64,000 bases of DNA, taken from Octopus sinensis. Lineage: Eukaryota. Positions 28,116 to 43,700 of the stretch are shown here, piece by piece; positions within the stretch are counted from its first letter, which is position 1; every line of letters begins with the position of its first letter. The position numbers and the translations under genes were made by a program. The stretch covers positions 11,697,579 to 11,761,578 of the forward strand of contig NC_043026.1 in the NCBI RefSeq assembly GCF_006345805.1. The letters run 5' to 3'. The notes beneath the pieces are model-generated. The model did no database searches. It worked only from the letters and a program-made list of their open reading frames with translations, and was not told where the DNA came from.

Positions 28116-29069
28116 GTAAGTATTCAACAATGAAAATATTTCATCTTTAGTCATTTGTTGGCATTCTTTCGATATAACTCGACAAAACCAAAACCTTTCA
28201 CTTCGGGTGTTTCCGTGGGTTGTGGAGTTTAGATATAACGAAATTATGCCAGCAATGTCTCGTTTTAAACTTGAAGAAAAAAAAAAGCCACGCATATTTG
28301 GTTCTTATCTGTTTCATGGGTGGATGTAAATTCCGCAAATTTCCAAGCAGAAAACAGGATCGGACTGTCATTTGCTTCCACGGAAATATCCGAAGTGAAG
28401 TGCTTTGATTTTGTCGAGTTATATCGAAGGAATGCCCATTTGTTTTTGACGAATCGATTCTTTGTGTCTGTCGTACCCTTTATACATGAAACTTGGCTGA
28501 TTTGAGCGTGATTTGGCTGCTGTTTCTGGCTACGAAACCTATTTTGTTGACCGTCAATCGTTGCCGCGTTTTTTTGTTTTTGATTTAGTTTGAGAAATAT
28601 TTTGTATTACACTTCAGTCACCCTATTTTAATTTGGTTTCGACCCGAGCAAAAAAAAAATAATAAAATAGTGCAAAAGGTATATAACAATATATAGTAAA
28701 CGAATATTTAAAAAAATCCGCACTGGCGAACGGGGGTCGGAGGGGAGGACTTGGAAAATTCACATCGAGAATGTTCCGAGTCCTCTCACCACTTCACCGT
28801 CTGTCGTCGAAATTTTTTTCATCATATTCGTTTAATACACTTTGTTTTACACCAAGTAGACTAATTTTGGGGTTTTTTTCTTCAATTTTTGTGACAGGGG
28901 GTTGGTGGGGTGCGGACTCGAATAATTTACACGATCCAGTGACTCTGGTCGAACACTGGAGTTTAAAGGTCAACGTCTGAATTTTCCGAGTCCTCTCCCC
29001 CGCCCCACCCCCGTTCGCAAGCTCGCATTGTTTGTCTGTTTGTTTTTTTTTTTGTTTTTTTCATATTCG

Positions 29070-29248
29070 GGCGATCCTTCGGTATAGGTACCGTACGTAC
29101 CGGAAGTGGCTTTCTTTACATTTCTGAAGATAACAGAAACCCTTTTCTCCTACCCCTAACCCTAACACAAACCCTAACCCCCCATATATATATAAAAAAT
29201 GTCATGAAATGTATCCAGTACTTCCGGTACCTATACCGAAGTTACGCC
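29070..29248. mobile_element. Small MITE with imperfect TIRs and an 8-bp TSD
   Basis: GGCGATCCTTCGGTATAGGTAC ... GTACCTATACCGAAGTTACGCC flanked by CATATTCG on both sides; related pieces at 12896-13008, 13220-13310 and 35810-35875. Confidence 0.7.
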
Positions 29249-29752
29249 CATATTCGTTTACTACCTGTTGTGTTACACCTATTACACTATTTCTTTTCTC
29301 ATTTTCGTGACCAGGTGGGGTTACTGGATCGTGTGAATTATCTGAGTCTCGCACCCCACCCCCAGCACAATTTTTTTCTTTTGAAATAAGTGCACTAGGT
29401 GTAAAATAAACATCTAATAACCAAATATGAAGCAAAAAAAGAAAAATTCGCCGACGGACGGAGAAGTGGTGAGAGGACTCGGAACATCCCCGATGTGAAT
29501 TTTCCAAGTCAAACCGTTCAACAGTTACCAGCATGGAAAATGTGTTCTATCATGGTGATGATGACATTTTTGGATAGAGTGTCTTCAATCATGTTTGTCC
29601 AGTCAAAGCTGACCTGGGGCTGAATAACCATGTCCAATTATATTTCTGGAAAGAGAAATTTATTGTTGACTGTTTTGTAGTTTAATATATATATATATAT
29701 ATATATATATCTATATATATATATATATAATATATGTATATATATATGTATA

Positions 29753-30072
29753 TAATTTACAAGATAAGGCAAAAGAAAAATTCTAATGCCGAAAAAAAGA
29801 CAATAATTGTCAATAAATCATTATAATTTATGTGTCTCGAAACAAACCGATAGAAATCTCTAAAAAATTTCAGCGTATTTGCCGCTGAAGAGGGGAAAAT
29901 TTCTTACGAGTTAACCCCGAAATTGGACCAATACGGTAATAACAAATCTTTTTGAGATTTCAATCGGTTTGTTTCAAGACGCATAAATTATAATGGTTTA
30001 TTGACAATTATTGTCTTTTTTTTCGGCATATTTGGCATTAGAATTTTTCTTTTGCCCTTATCTTGTAAATTA
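29753..30072 (+). mobile_element. Penelope-like or retrozyme-like inverted-repeat element inserted in (TA)n
   Basis: Arms 29753-29870 and 29944-30072 are reverse complements; hammerhead in the loop; (TA)n on both sides. Confidence 0.7.
29879..29939 (+). ncRNA. Minimal type I hammerhead ribozyme
   Basis: TTGCCG-CTGAAGA-GGGG..CCCC-GAAA-TTGG A CCAA-TA-CGGTAA: all core nucleotides and stems I-III present; predicted cleavage after A29933. Confidence 0.8.
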
Positions 30073-30168
30073 TTTATAAATTTAACCTTTAAAGGTATTT
30101 TTTGATATGCTGGCCATTGATAAAATTTTTTTCCAGAAAAAAAAAAATTTTATCCTATTTAGTTATAA

Positions 30169-30241
<73 letters not shown>

Positions 30242-30859
30242 TATAATGTTAACACAATGTAAAGGTGTAGTTTACAAATGTGTATGCTTCTGTTATGTAG
30301 ATTTTAGTAAATTAAAATGTTCAGTCGTTAAAGTAAATATTTGTTCCTGCAATTAATCTCTATAGAAATGTTATCAATTTTCTACTATTAAATCTCTGAT
30401 TTTCAATTAACTCTGTATTTTAATCTGATGTTTCTTCATTATTTCAGAATAACAGATGACATTGGCATAACAGAAGAGGAACCTTCAAACCATTCTATCT
30501 TTTAAAGACTGAATGTAAATGTTATATGGAAGAGACAGCTACCACTGTTTCTATGAATTCATTGTAAAATTCCAAAGACATTTTGCTCTGAACTGAGATT
30601 ATCAACAAAATTTCTGCCGTAATCTGGAGTGTATACAAAGTGAGTTTGTGTGCTCTAATTAAACTTGGAGAAATTTTCATAAGAGATTGTAGATAAAGGT
30701 AACATTGAACAGAAATGCAGCAGCAGAAAAAGTTGTAAAGAATAAACAATAGAAATAGAATCAACAAGAAATATATAGAAATATAGAAATATTTTGATTT
30801 GCGAAGGGAAAAGTATTGCAAAAACGTCAAAAACTTAAAATTGATTTTTTCTTGAAGAC

Positions 30860-32713
30860 ATGCCTAAAGATGGAGGAAAACCATCGTGTGAAAAGTCATT
30901 CTCCCAGAAAGGTAACCAGTTTAAACACAAGCGTATTCATACAGGGAAGAAACAATATGGATGTGATATCTGTGGGAAATCATTCTCTCAGGATGGATAC
31001 CTAACTAAACACAAACGTACTCATACAGGGGAGAAGCCATATCACTGTGATATCTGTGGCAAATCATTCTCTCAGAAAGGAAACCTAACTAAACACAAAC
31101 GTACTCATACAGGAGAGAAACCATATCACTGTGATATCTGTGGTAAATCACTCTGTGAAAGTGATAAGTTAACTGAACACAAACGTATTCACACAGGAGA
31201 GAAACCATATCACTGTGATATCTGTGGCAAATCCTTCTCTCGGAATGGAAGCCTAACTACACACAGACGTACTCATACAGGAGAGAAGCCATATCACTGT
31301 GATATCTGTGGTAAATCATTCTCTGAAGGCAGTGCTCTGAATTCTCACAAGCGAATTCATACAGGGGAGAAACCATATTGCTGTAATATCTGTGGTAAAT
31401 CATTCACTCAATGTTTTGACTTAACTAAACACAAACGAATTCATACAGGAGAGAAGCCGTATCACTGTGATGTCTGCGGTAAATCATTCTCTTTGACATC
31501 AACCCTAACTACACACAAACGTATTCATACAGGAGAGAAACCATATAAGTGTGGCACCTGTGGTAAATCTTTCACCCGAAATAATACGTTAACTGCTCAC
31601 AAACGGATTCATACGGGAGAGAAGCCATATCAGTGTGATATCTGTAGTAAATCATTTTCTCGATATGAATGCTTCACTATACACAAGCGTCTACATACAG
31701 GAGAAAAACCATATCAGTGTAATATCTGTGGTAAAACATTCCCTTCAACTTCTCAGTTACGATCACACAAACGTATTCATACAGGAGAGAGGCCTTATCA
31801 CTGTGATAAATGCGGTAAATCATTCCATAAAAGTAATGCTTTAAAAGTACATAAATCTATTCATACAGGAGAGAAGCCATATAACTGTGATATCTGTGGT
31901 AAATCATTCTGTCAAAAGGTTGATTTAAATAAACATAGGCGTATTCACACAGGTGAGAAGCCATACAGTTGTGATATCTGTGGTAAATCATTTTCTCAAA
32001 ATATTCACTTAACATCTCACCAACGTATTCATACAGGAGAGAAGCCATATCAGTGTAATATCTGTGGTAAATCATTCTCTGGAAGCAGTGCTTTGAATTC
32101 TCACAAACGTATTCATACAGGAGAGAAGCCATACCAGTGTGATATCTGCAATAAATATTTTTTGCGCTCTGACTATTTGACTATTCACAAACGTATTCAT
32201 ACAGGAGAGAAACCATTTCAATGTGATGTCTGTAAGAAGTCATTCTCTGACAGAACTAGATTAAGAACACACAAGTATATTCATACAGGAAAGAAGCCAT
32301 ATAAGTGTGATATTTGTGGGAAGTCATTCTCTCAAAGTAGTAATTTGATGACACACAAGCGTAGTCACACAGGGGAGAAGCCATATCGGTGTAATATCTG
32401 CAGTAAATCATTCTCTGTAAGTTCTAGCTTAACAATACATAGACGTATTCATACAGGAGAGAAACCATATCAGTGTGATATTTGTAAGAAGTTATTCTCT
32501 GACAGTAGTAGTTTAAAAGCACACAAGTATAGTCACACTGGTGAGAAGCCATATCAGTGTGATATCTGTGGTAAATCATTCTCTGTAAGTAGTAGCTTAA
32601 CAATACATAAACGTACTCATACAGGGGAGAAGCCTTATAAATGTGATATTTGTAGCAGATCATTTTCTCAACTTAGTAATTTAAGAGTACACAAATGTTC
32701 TCATACAGGATAG
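30860..32713 (+). CDS. Poly-C2H2 zinc-finger protein ZF3 (617 aa, ~21 fingers)
   Basis: Tandem C2H2 fingers; C-terminal array nearly identical to ZF1 ([22 protein letters not shown]); AATAAA at 33560. Confidence 0.93.
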   Translation: MPKDGGKPSCEKSFSQKGNQFKHKRIHTGKKQYGCDICGKSFSQDGYLTKHKRTHTGEKPYHCDICGKSFSQKGNLTKHKRTHTGEKPYHCDICGKSLCESDKLTEHKRIHTGEKPYHCDICGKSFSRNGSLTTHRRTHTGEKPYHCDICGKSFSEGSALNSHKRIHTGEKPYCCNICGKSFTQCFDLTKHKRIHTGEKPYHCDVCGKSFSLTSTLTTHKRIHTGEKPYKCGTCGKSFTRNNTLTAHKRIHTGEKPYQCDICSKSFSRYECFTIHKRLHTGEKPYQCNICGKTFPSTSQLRSHKRIHTGERPYHCDKCGKSFHKSNALKVHKSIHTGEKPYNCDICGKSFCQKVDLNKHRRIHTGEKPYSCDICGKSFSQNIHLTSHQRIHTGEKPYQCNICGKSFSGSSALNSHKRIHTGEKPYQCDICNKYFLRSDYLTIHKRIHTGEKPFQCDVCKKSFSDRTRLRTHKYIHTGKKPYKCDICGKSFSQSSNLMTHKRSHTGEKPYRCNICSKSFSVSSSLTIHRRIHTGEKPYQCDICKKLFSDSSSLKAHKYSHTGEKPYQCDICGKSFSVSSSLTIHKRTHTGEKPYKCDICSRSFSQLSNLRVHKCSHTG

Positions 32714-32820
32714 AAGCCACATCACTGATATTTGTGGTAAATCATTCTCTCAAAGTCATGGCTTATCTAGACACATATGTATCCAGGTGAAAGTGTAACT
32801 GTATCAATGTGGAACTTCTT

Positions 32821-33179
32821 TATTTCATATAATTTGCCAAAAGGGCATCACACAGATGGAAGCTTCGCGGGCTGGACACGGACATTGATGGTATGAATGA
32901 TGGTGGTACAAAAATGATGATGATGGGAGAAGACGAAAAGCGCCCGCTGACTTTTGCTTCTCTAAAACAATGTTCTTTTTTCCCTTTTCCCCAAAGACAC
33001 AATGAGGCATTAAACCTCTTACTTAACACAATGTTCAGAATTCTTTTTTCTTTGTTTAAAACACACAAAAAGTCACATTTTCTAGACTCGTTCAGGTTAT
33101 CCGGCCGACCAGTATCCTTGCTTCATTGAAGCATGCACCCAGTTCCAGGCCGGACCACACAGGTATATATTTATAGGAG
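32821..33179 (-). mobile_element. 5'-truncated retroposed insertion in the ZF3 3' UTR
   Basis: 16-bp TSD CAATGTGGAA(C/T)TTCTT at 32805-32820 and 33180-33195; empty site at ~42657; minus strand ends ...ATGAAATA(AAG). Confidence 0.75.
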
Positions 33180-34254
33180 CAATGTGGAATTTCTTAACAA
33201 CCAAAAAACATTTAAGTACCCACCTGAAATGAGGTGGGCTTAGCTTTGTGAACTTTACCCATGACAACAACCAAGCCACTCATCATTGGCTCTCTTTCTA
33301 AGGTTGTCTTTTACAGCTCTTTGAACTTTTAATGATGCCAACCTTTTTTATTTTCTGCTTACCACATGAAGGAATATGGTTTAGTGTCAAATTTCTTTCT
33401 TTCTATGAAAATTTAAAACAACAACACCGTCTTCTATAATTAAATGTATGTACATTGGAAAAGAAATATAACAGTGTGTGATAAGAGCCTTCCCACACTC
33501 TATGTTTTATATTAACTCAACTAAACACTGTTGAGATAACTTACCTCTGTAATAGTTTTAATAAAAGCAATTTCCTCCAGATTTTGAATTTGTTTTGAGT
33601 GTGTTGAAACCAATATTGTTATATTTGGGAAGAATCAATTGGTAAAGTCTATAAACCAGGCATGTGTTAACAGTAATTACTCAGGGTCGGCAGTAGGTGA
33701 TGTTAATGTTGTAAAACAAAGAAAAATAAGGCATGCAACCATGTTGGAGGCAGATTTAATTCTACCTATATAGTATGTAAGGAAAACAATGTTGGAGGAA
33801 TGTACATAGCATATGTATGGCTTTAATGCTGCAATTGAAAGGTAGGGGCAAATTATGGCCACCTGATCTACAAAAAAATTAATTATATTGACTTTTATGC
33901 ATAGTAATCAGAGTAACCCTCTTGATTTTATTGAATTTGGTGCATGTTTTTCCATAAAAGGAAACTATTATTATCGATCTATTTTATTCAGGGTAGACAC
34001 TGCCTACCCAGGCGGCACATCCCTGCCATAAACACATTCACCTCTTTCTTGTTTCAGTCATTTGACTGTGAAAATGCTTAAACACCAACTTAGGTTTTAG
34101 TCAAACACATCGACCCCAGGGTTTATTCTTTGTAAGCCTGGTAATTGTTTTATTAGTCTGTTTTGCTGAACCATTAAGTTACGGAGATGTAAGCATACCA
34201 CCGCTTGTCAGGCAATGGTGGTAGGGATAAACATATATATATATATATACACGT

Positions 34255-34679
34255 GATATCAGTGCCAGTGGCACATAAGAGAACCATCCGAATGTGGCCA
34301 TAGCCAGTGCCGGTGGCACGTGAGAGAACCATCCGAACGTGGCCGTAGCCAGTGTCAGATCAACTGGCCTCCGTGCCGGTGGCACGTAAAAACCATCCAT
34401 GTGTGGCCGTTCGCCAACCTCGTCTGGCACCTGTGTCGGTGGCATGTAAAAAGCACCATCCAAGCGTGGCCGTTCGCCAGCCTCGTCTGGCACATGTGTC
34501 GGTGGCACGTAAAAAGTACCCACTACACTCACGGAGTGGTTGGCATTAGGAAGGGCATCCAGCTGTAGAAACACTGCCAGATCTGACTGGCCTGGTGCAG
34601 CCTTCGGGCTTCCTAGACCCCAGTTGAACCGTCCAACCCATGCTAGCATGGAAAGCGGGCGTTAAACGATGATGATGAC
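34255..34679 (+). mobile_element. SINE-like family C
   Basis: Paralog of 19675-20087 within the duplicated ZF1/ZF3 3' flank. Confidence 0.8.
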
Positions 34680-35261
34680 ATACATGCGCACACACACACA
34701 CACACACACATATATATCAATTAGAAAAAAAAACACCTATCAATTCAATAATGAAAAATTAATTTGCACAATCTAGAAAATTGCATATTATAGAAAGATT
34801 AAATATAAGAAAAACATATAACGATGATTAAGTAAAGTGCAAAATAATAAATAAAACGTAAATGCATGGGCGACTGCTGGTCTTCCATAAACAACCTTGC
34901 TTGGACTTGTACCTGAGAGGGTAACTTTCTAGGTGCAATCATGACCGAAGGGGGTCTCAGCATCTATGGCTTACTACTACAATGAGAACGTGTACACACT
35001 TACTCAACAAGAAATTAACTCTCTTAACCTCGTATGCTTTTCCATTTACTAATTGTACAAATGAACCCATTATGGTTTTGACTACATACTAAGTTACGAT
35101 GAATTAATTTTTCTTTACAATTTCGATCAATGTTCTTCTGTCATCTTACTCATCTGCAACATCAACACCCGTTGCAATCGCTAACTGCCGACTCCAACAA
35201 TCACCACAAATTACCGTTACAATCTTACAATTGGTAATCATTGACTCCACCTAACAATACC

Positions 35262-35765
35262 AATTTCTTTATTACCCTCAAGGGGCTAAACATAGAGGGG
35301 ACTGACAAACGGGTTAAGTCGATTACATCGACCCCAGTGCGAAACTGGTACTTAATTTATGCTATTGAAACGATGTAATATATATTTTGCCATCTTAAGG
35401 TGGAGAGCTGGTAGAAAGGTTAGCACATCGGGCGAAATCCTTAGCGGTATTTCGTCTGCCGTTACGTTGTGAGTTCAAATTCCGCCGAATTCGACTTTAC
35501 CTTTCATCCTTTCGGGGTCGATAAATTAAGTACCAGTTACGCACTGGAGTCGATGTAATCGACTTAATACCTATGTCTGTCCTTGTTTGTCCCTTCTATG
35601 TTTAGCCCCTTGTGGGTAATAAAGAAATAGGTACTTAATTTATCGACCCCGAAAGGATGAAAGGTAATTTCGACCTCGGCGGAATTTCAACTCAGAACGT
35701 AACGGCAGACGAAATACGGCTACGCATTTCACCCGGCGTGCTAACGATTCTGCCAGCTCGCCGCC
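35262..35765. mobile_element. Nested family B SINEs (plus copy inside a minus copy)
   Basis: Minus tail 35262-35360, plus copy ~35397-35630, minus head 35630-35765; GGTACTTAATTTAT duplicated at both junctions. Confidence 0.75.
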
Positions 35766-36106
35766 TCCCAGATGGCAAAATATATCTGACATCGTTTCAA
35801 TAGCACCCCCCCCCCCATATGTAAAAAAAAACACTTTCTTGAAATGTATCCGGTACTTATACCGAAGTTACGCCACTATTAATATATGGCATAGAAAATT
35901 CCCCAAAATAAAATAGTCATAAAGCCATGGGGTACTTAAATCGGAACTCCATCGATTAACTGATTTATTATTTAACTCAGACAGATTATGGGGTACCACA
36001 TTGTAGTTTGCCTGGAGGAAAAAATATTTGTGACATCTTTTCAAAAGGAATGAGAGAAAAAGAACTGAAGCAAGAGTGAGCGGCTGGAAAGCGGTAATAC
36101 GACATA

Positions 36107-36311
36107 CGCATGCGCACTGAAATGTATTCCCTTTAATTGATCGCGTCAAAGTTTTTCACTGTTTAATGAATTCTTTTTAAAGAAGCAACATTCACAGTTA
36201 TTAAACATTTCTCGTCCACCACAACACACTGTTATAATACATTTCCCAACAATTCTACACACTTAAAGTATATTTCACAACTACCACACACAGAGTTATA
36301 ACAACATTTCT
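36107..36311 (+). promoter_or_regulatory. Putative promoter and non-coding exon 1 of ZF4
   Basis: CGCATGCGCA 36107-36116; donor GTAAGT at 36312; acceptor GTTTCAG ending 39429. Confidence 0.65.
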
Positions 36312-37083
36312 GTAAGTATAATTAAACAATGAAAATATTTCGTCTTTTAATATTGTAGTCATTTGTTTTTGACGACTCGGTTCTTTGTGTCTGTCCTACA
36401 TTTTATACATGAAATTTGCCTACTTTGTGCGTGATTTGGCTGCTATTTCTGGCTACGAAACCTATTTTGTTGACTGTCCATCGTTGCCAACATTGTTCTG
36501 TGATTTATTGGTCGAATTAATCTTCCCTGCACGCCTTCCTACATCTTAGCACCACTACTATCTATCCCACTACTATAACAGCTCAAAATATTTGAACTAA
36601 TTTGTTTATCATATTTCATATGGTTGTCCATTGTGATTTCCATCAAACTATTACATTTTTTTTTTTCGTTTTTGGATTTGGTTTGCAAGATTCTTTATAT
36701 GAGTTGGTGTGTTGAAGCATATTCTGTTGTGTCTGGGGAGAGTCATTTTCTTTTTGTGCCTTATAATATAACACACTCACCGGGAAAATTTCCACTTTTC
36801 TTTCTTATTTTGATCTCCTGGGGCTAAAAGCATCAGTAACACCCCACCCCCAGTGGCTAGCTACATTCAGATGGCTAGTACACTTTACGTTGTCGAGCGG
36901 TTACTGTTTATATCTCGTTCAGAGATTTATTAATGCTTTCTTATTTTTATTTTCCTAAAATTTTCGTTGCGTCTTGCAACCTTTTCAAATATTTTGACTC
37001 TGTCCGTTATTTACGATGCGTTCCTGTTTGTTTGTTTGTGTGTGTGTGTGCCTATGCATGTACGTATGTATGTATGTGTGTGA

Positions 37084-37319
37084 GTCCAGTTTGCTGGACA
37101 TTGTTGCAGAGCTGAAAAAGAAGTAATTTCTACTCTTCTTCTCTGGAAGCCATCTACTCGCAATACCAGAGGGCGCACACTCTCCTACCCTGATGTAATC
37201 TCCAGGGATACAGGCATCCAGCAACAGGACCTCCGTAATGCCATGATGGACCGTGAAGTCTGGCGTAGCATAGTAAATTCCATTGTCTCGACCACGGTCG
37301 AACAATGATGATGATGATG
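37084..37319 (+). mobile_element. RTE-clade LINE 3' end
   Basis: Translates VQFAGHCCRAEKEVISTLLLWKPSTRNTRGRTLSYPDVISRDTG...AMMDREVWRSIV...EQ*, directly followed by a (TGA)n tail. Confidence 0.85.
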
Positions 37320-37320
37320 C

Positions 37321-37662
37321 TTCATCTGAAAGGGAAGATGGGGCTAGAGAAAATGTGTCAGTCAGAGTCTGTGTTCAAAAAAAGATGGATGCGTGTTGCA
37401 CGGATGCTATGTGTGAAAGGCCTTGCATGATCCCTTACCAAAAGGTTTCAGTTAAAATAACAGGGCTCGTGGGGTCGGCTACCCTCTTCTTTTCACTTCA
37501 TATGTCCCTTTTTGTTCGTGTGTTCTTGTAACTCATTCAATTTCATTTTCATTGTAAATAATCCATTCGATTTCACTGTAAATAGTTCCATTTCATCCAC
37601 ATGACCCCCAAATCATTTTATTGTCCCCGTCTATGTAAACCCTTAGGGGTAATAAAGAAATA
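37321..37662 (+). mobile_element. 3' end of the same Tx1-like LINE as 1059-1604
   Basis: ...GTGAAAGGCCTTGCATGA...GGGCTCGTGGGGTCGGCTACCC...CCCTTAGGGGTAATAAAGAAATAG. Confidence 0.75.
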
Positions 37663-37734
37663 GCATCTGTATGTATCCTGCATATTTATGTGTTTGCCTG
37701 TCCGTGTTTGTGTATTTTCTATGTATACTCTCTT

Positions 37735-37923
37735 TCTTACTCTTTTACTTGTTTCAGTCATTTGACTGCGGCCATGCTGGAGCACCGCCTTTAGTCGAGC
37801 AAATCGACCCCGGGACTTATTCTTTGTAAGCCCAGTACTTATTCTATCGGTCTCTTTTGCCGAACCGCTAAGTGACGGGGGTGTAAACACACCAGCATCG
37901 GTTGTCAAGCAATGCTAGGGGGA

Positions 37924-38008
<85 letters not shown>

Positions 38009-38170
38009 GACAGGCTTCTTTCAGTTTCCGTCTACCAAATCCACTCACAAGGCATTGGTCGGCCCGGGGCTATAGCAGAAGACACTTGCCCAAGGTGCCA
38101 CGCAGTGGGACTGAACCCGGAACCATGTGGTTGGTTAGCAAGCTACTTACCACACAGCCACTCCTGCGCC
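37735..38170 (-). mobile_element. SINE family A
   Basis: Full reverse-complement match. Confidence 0.9.
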
Positions 38171-38553
38171 TGTGTTTTATTCTAATGTTTAAACAAAATT
38201 AAAATAATTCTGTATTTTGTTGAATTTAGCTGTTGATTAATTAAAAAGCTACAATTATATGAAATGAGTGTAAATTCATGAGTTTTCAAATTTAATTGAA
38301 ACACCGTAAAATGTTAGCAATCTTTGTAACAAAAGTGTTAAAAATGGGGTCTTTGTTGTGTAACATAGTCCTAGATATAATGCTACTGAGAAAGATAGGA
38401 TGTGTTATGCCACAAATGCTGGTGCCACATAAAGAACCCTTGTACTTGCACCACATAAAGAGCACTTGTGCTGACCTGGGGCTGAATAACCATGTCCAAT
38501 TATAATTTTGGAGAGACGGAGTGTTATCGTCCACTATTTTGTAGTTTAATATA

Positions 38554-39211
38554 CCATCTAACACCCGTGGACACATTTACAAAGTCAGAAAACAGCACAG
38601 CTCCCATGACTTCAGGAAACATTTTTTCACGCTGAGAGTTGCTGAAGTATGGAACAAACTGCCGGCATCGGTTGTTAGTTGTCGGAGCACTGCATCCTTC
38701 AAAACTTCCATGCTTCCTGAGATTCGCCAACACTACACTTGATTTTCTCCCCTCCATACACACACAAGCATGTATCTGACTCATACACTGTTCACTTCCC
38801 AGACATTTGTACATTACTGCATATGCAGACACCCATGAAATTATTAACCATCTTACAAACAATAACTCTGAGCCCCTTTTCAAACTCCACCCATCTAACA
38901 CCTGTGGACATATTTACAAAGTCAGAAAACAGCACAGCTCCCATGACTTCAGGAAACATTTTTTCACGCTGAGAGTTGCTGAAGCATGGAACAAACTGCC
39001 GGCATCGGTTGTTAGTTGTCGGAGCACTGCATCCTTCAAAACTTCCATGCTTCCTGAGATTCGCCAACACTACACCTGATTTTCTCCCCTCCATACACAC
39101 ACAAGCATGTTCACTTTCCAGACATTTCTACATTACTGCATGTACTTTATACGCACTTTCTGACAAGTTGTGGTGCACCTGAGCACTGTATACAATAATT
39201 TCATTATTATA
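38554..39211 (+). mobile_element. Two tandem CR1-clade LINE 3' fragments in the ZF4 intron
   Basis: HPSNT.GHIYKVRKQHSSHDFRKHFFTLRVAEAWNKLP; (ATT)n tail; possible TSD TTAATATA; site empty in ZF1 and ZF5. Confidence 0.85.
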
Positions 39212-39779
39212 TTAATATATATTTTAGCACAATGTGAAGGTGTAGCTCTAGTTTACAAATGTGTATGCTTCTGTTACGTAAATTTTAGTAAATTAAAATG
39301 TTCAGTCGTTAAAGTAAATATTTGTTCCTGCGATTAATCTCTATAGAAATGTTATCAATTTTCTACTATTAAATCTCTGATTTTCAATTAGCCTCTGTAT
39401 TTTAATCTGATGTTTCTTCATTGTTTCAGAATCATAGATGATATTGGACTAACAGAAGATGTACCTTCAAAGCATACCATCATTTAAAGACTGAATGTAA
39501 ATGTTATATGGAAGAGCACCGTTTCTATGAATTCATTGTAAAATTCCAAAGACATTTTGCTCTGAACTGAGATTATTAGCAAAATTTCTGTGTCATAATC
39601 TGGAGTTAATACAAAGTGAGTTTGTGTGCTCTAATTAAACTTGGAGAAATTTTCATAAGTTTTTAGATAAAGGTAATGTTGGACAGTAATACCGTAGCTG
39701 AAAAAATGGCAAAGAATAAATAATAGGAACGGAATCAACAAGAAATATATAGAAATATTTTGATTTGAGGAGAAAAATA

Positions 39780-42278
<2,499 letters not shown>

Positions 42279-42292
42279 AAGCCACATCACTG

Positions 42293-42580
42293 ATCATCGT
42301 CATCGTTTAACGTCTGCTTTCCATGCTAGCATGGGTTGGACGATTTTGATTGAAGGCTGGCGGACCAGATGGCTGCACCAGGCCCCAATCTGATCTGGCA
42401 GCGTTTCTACAGCTGGATACCCTTCCTAACGCCAACCACTCTGAGAGTGTAGTGGTTGCTTTTTAGGTGCCACTGGCGGGCAATCACCTCACTCAAATCT
42501 TTTTACACGTGCCAGTGAAGCGACGTTGGTAACGATCACGCTCGAATGGTTCCCTTTTACATGCCACGGGTACGGAAGCT
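42293..42580 (-). mobile_element. SINE-like family C inserted just after the ancestral ZF stop; shared with ZF6 (55258-55552)
   Basis: CACTGAT|CATCGTCATCGTTTAACG...; the flanking ZF relic resumes at TTTGTAGTAAATC. Confidence 0.8.
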
Positions 42581-43474
42581 AATTTGTAGTAAATCGTTCT
42601 CTCAGCATCATGACTTAAGCGATTGTATATGTATCCAGATAAAAGTGTAACTGTATCAATGTGGAACTTCTTAACAACAAACATTTTAAGTACCCACCTG
42701 AAGTGAGGTGGGCTTAGCTTTGTGAACTTTACCCATGACAACAACCAAGCCACCCATCATTGGCTCTCTTTCTGAGGTTGTCTTTTACAGCTCTTTGAAC
42801 TTTTAATGATGCCAACCTTTTTTTATTTTCTGCTTACCACATGAAGGAATATGGTTTAGTGTCAAATTTCTTTCTTCCTATGAAAATTTAAAAACAAACA
42901 CCGTCTTCTATAATTAAATGTATGTACATTGGAAAAGAAATATAACAGTGTGTGATAAGAGCCTTCCCACACTCTATGTTTTATATTAACTCAACTAAAC
43001 ACTGTTGAGATAACTTACCTCTGTAATAAATAGTTTTAATAAAAGCAATTTCCTCCAGATTTTGAATTTGTTTTGAGTGTGTGGAAACCAATATTGTTAT
43101 ATTTGGGAAGAATCAATTGGTAAAGTCTATAAAGCAGGCATGTGTTAACAGTAATTACCGTGGGTAGTCAGTTGGTGACGTTTATGTTGTAAAACAAAAA
43201 CAAAAAAATAAAGCGACTGAGTTGGAGACTAATTTACTTCTACCATTATAGTACGGTTAGGGTTAGGTTTGTAGGAATGTGTGCAGGACGTGTACTGCAG
43301 CAATACTATGTATAGCTTTAATACTGTGATTGAAAGCAGTTTTTGATGTTGAACAAAATCCTTGCAAAAGATAGGAATCTTTTGCATACAAATATAACGC
43401 ATTATATCATATTTGTATAATAAATTTTCACAATGCAAGGTTGGAAGTTTAAGGTGTTTTAGATTGTAAGATGT

Positions 43475-43700
43475 ACACAGTGAACGCTATGGACACATAA
43501 GAGGTGCAGCAACATCAAAGGAAGATTAACCAGGAAGATAGGTTTCACGCACCGTAGATGCACAGGGGCAATAAACACCACATGCTCAGAAAACAGACTC
43601 CATCACATGCCAGGGTAGAAAAACTAGAAGTAGTTGATAATTTCTGCTACCTAGGTGACCAAGTCTGTAATGGGGGTGGATGTACTGCGGATGGACAAGG
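43475..43700 (+). mobile_element. RTE reverse-transcriptase fragment (inverted copy at ~54130-54370)
   Basis: EKLEVVDNFCYLGDQVCNGGGC motif. Confidence 0.7.

Noticed and set aside
29150-29182. CCCTAA telomere-like units (also ~12527, 12940, 43257, 54570)
   Set aside because: Only 2-4 units, mostly inside MITE bodies; not evidence of a telomere fusion
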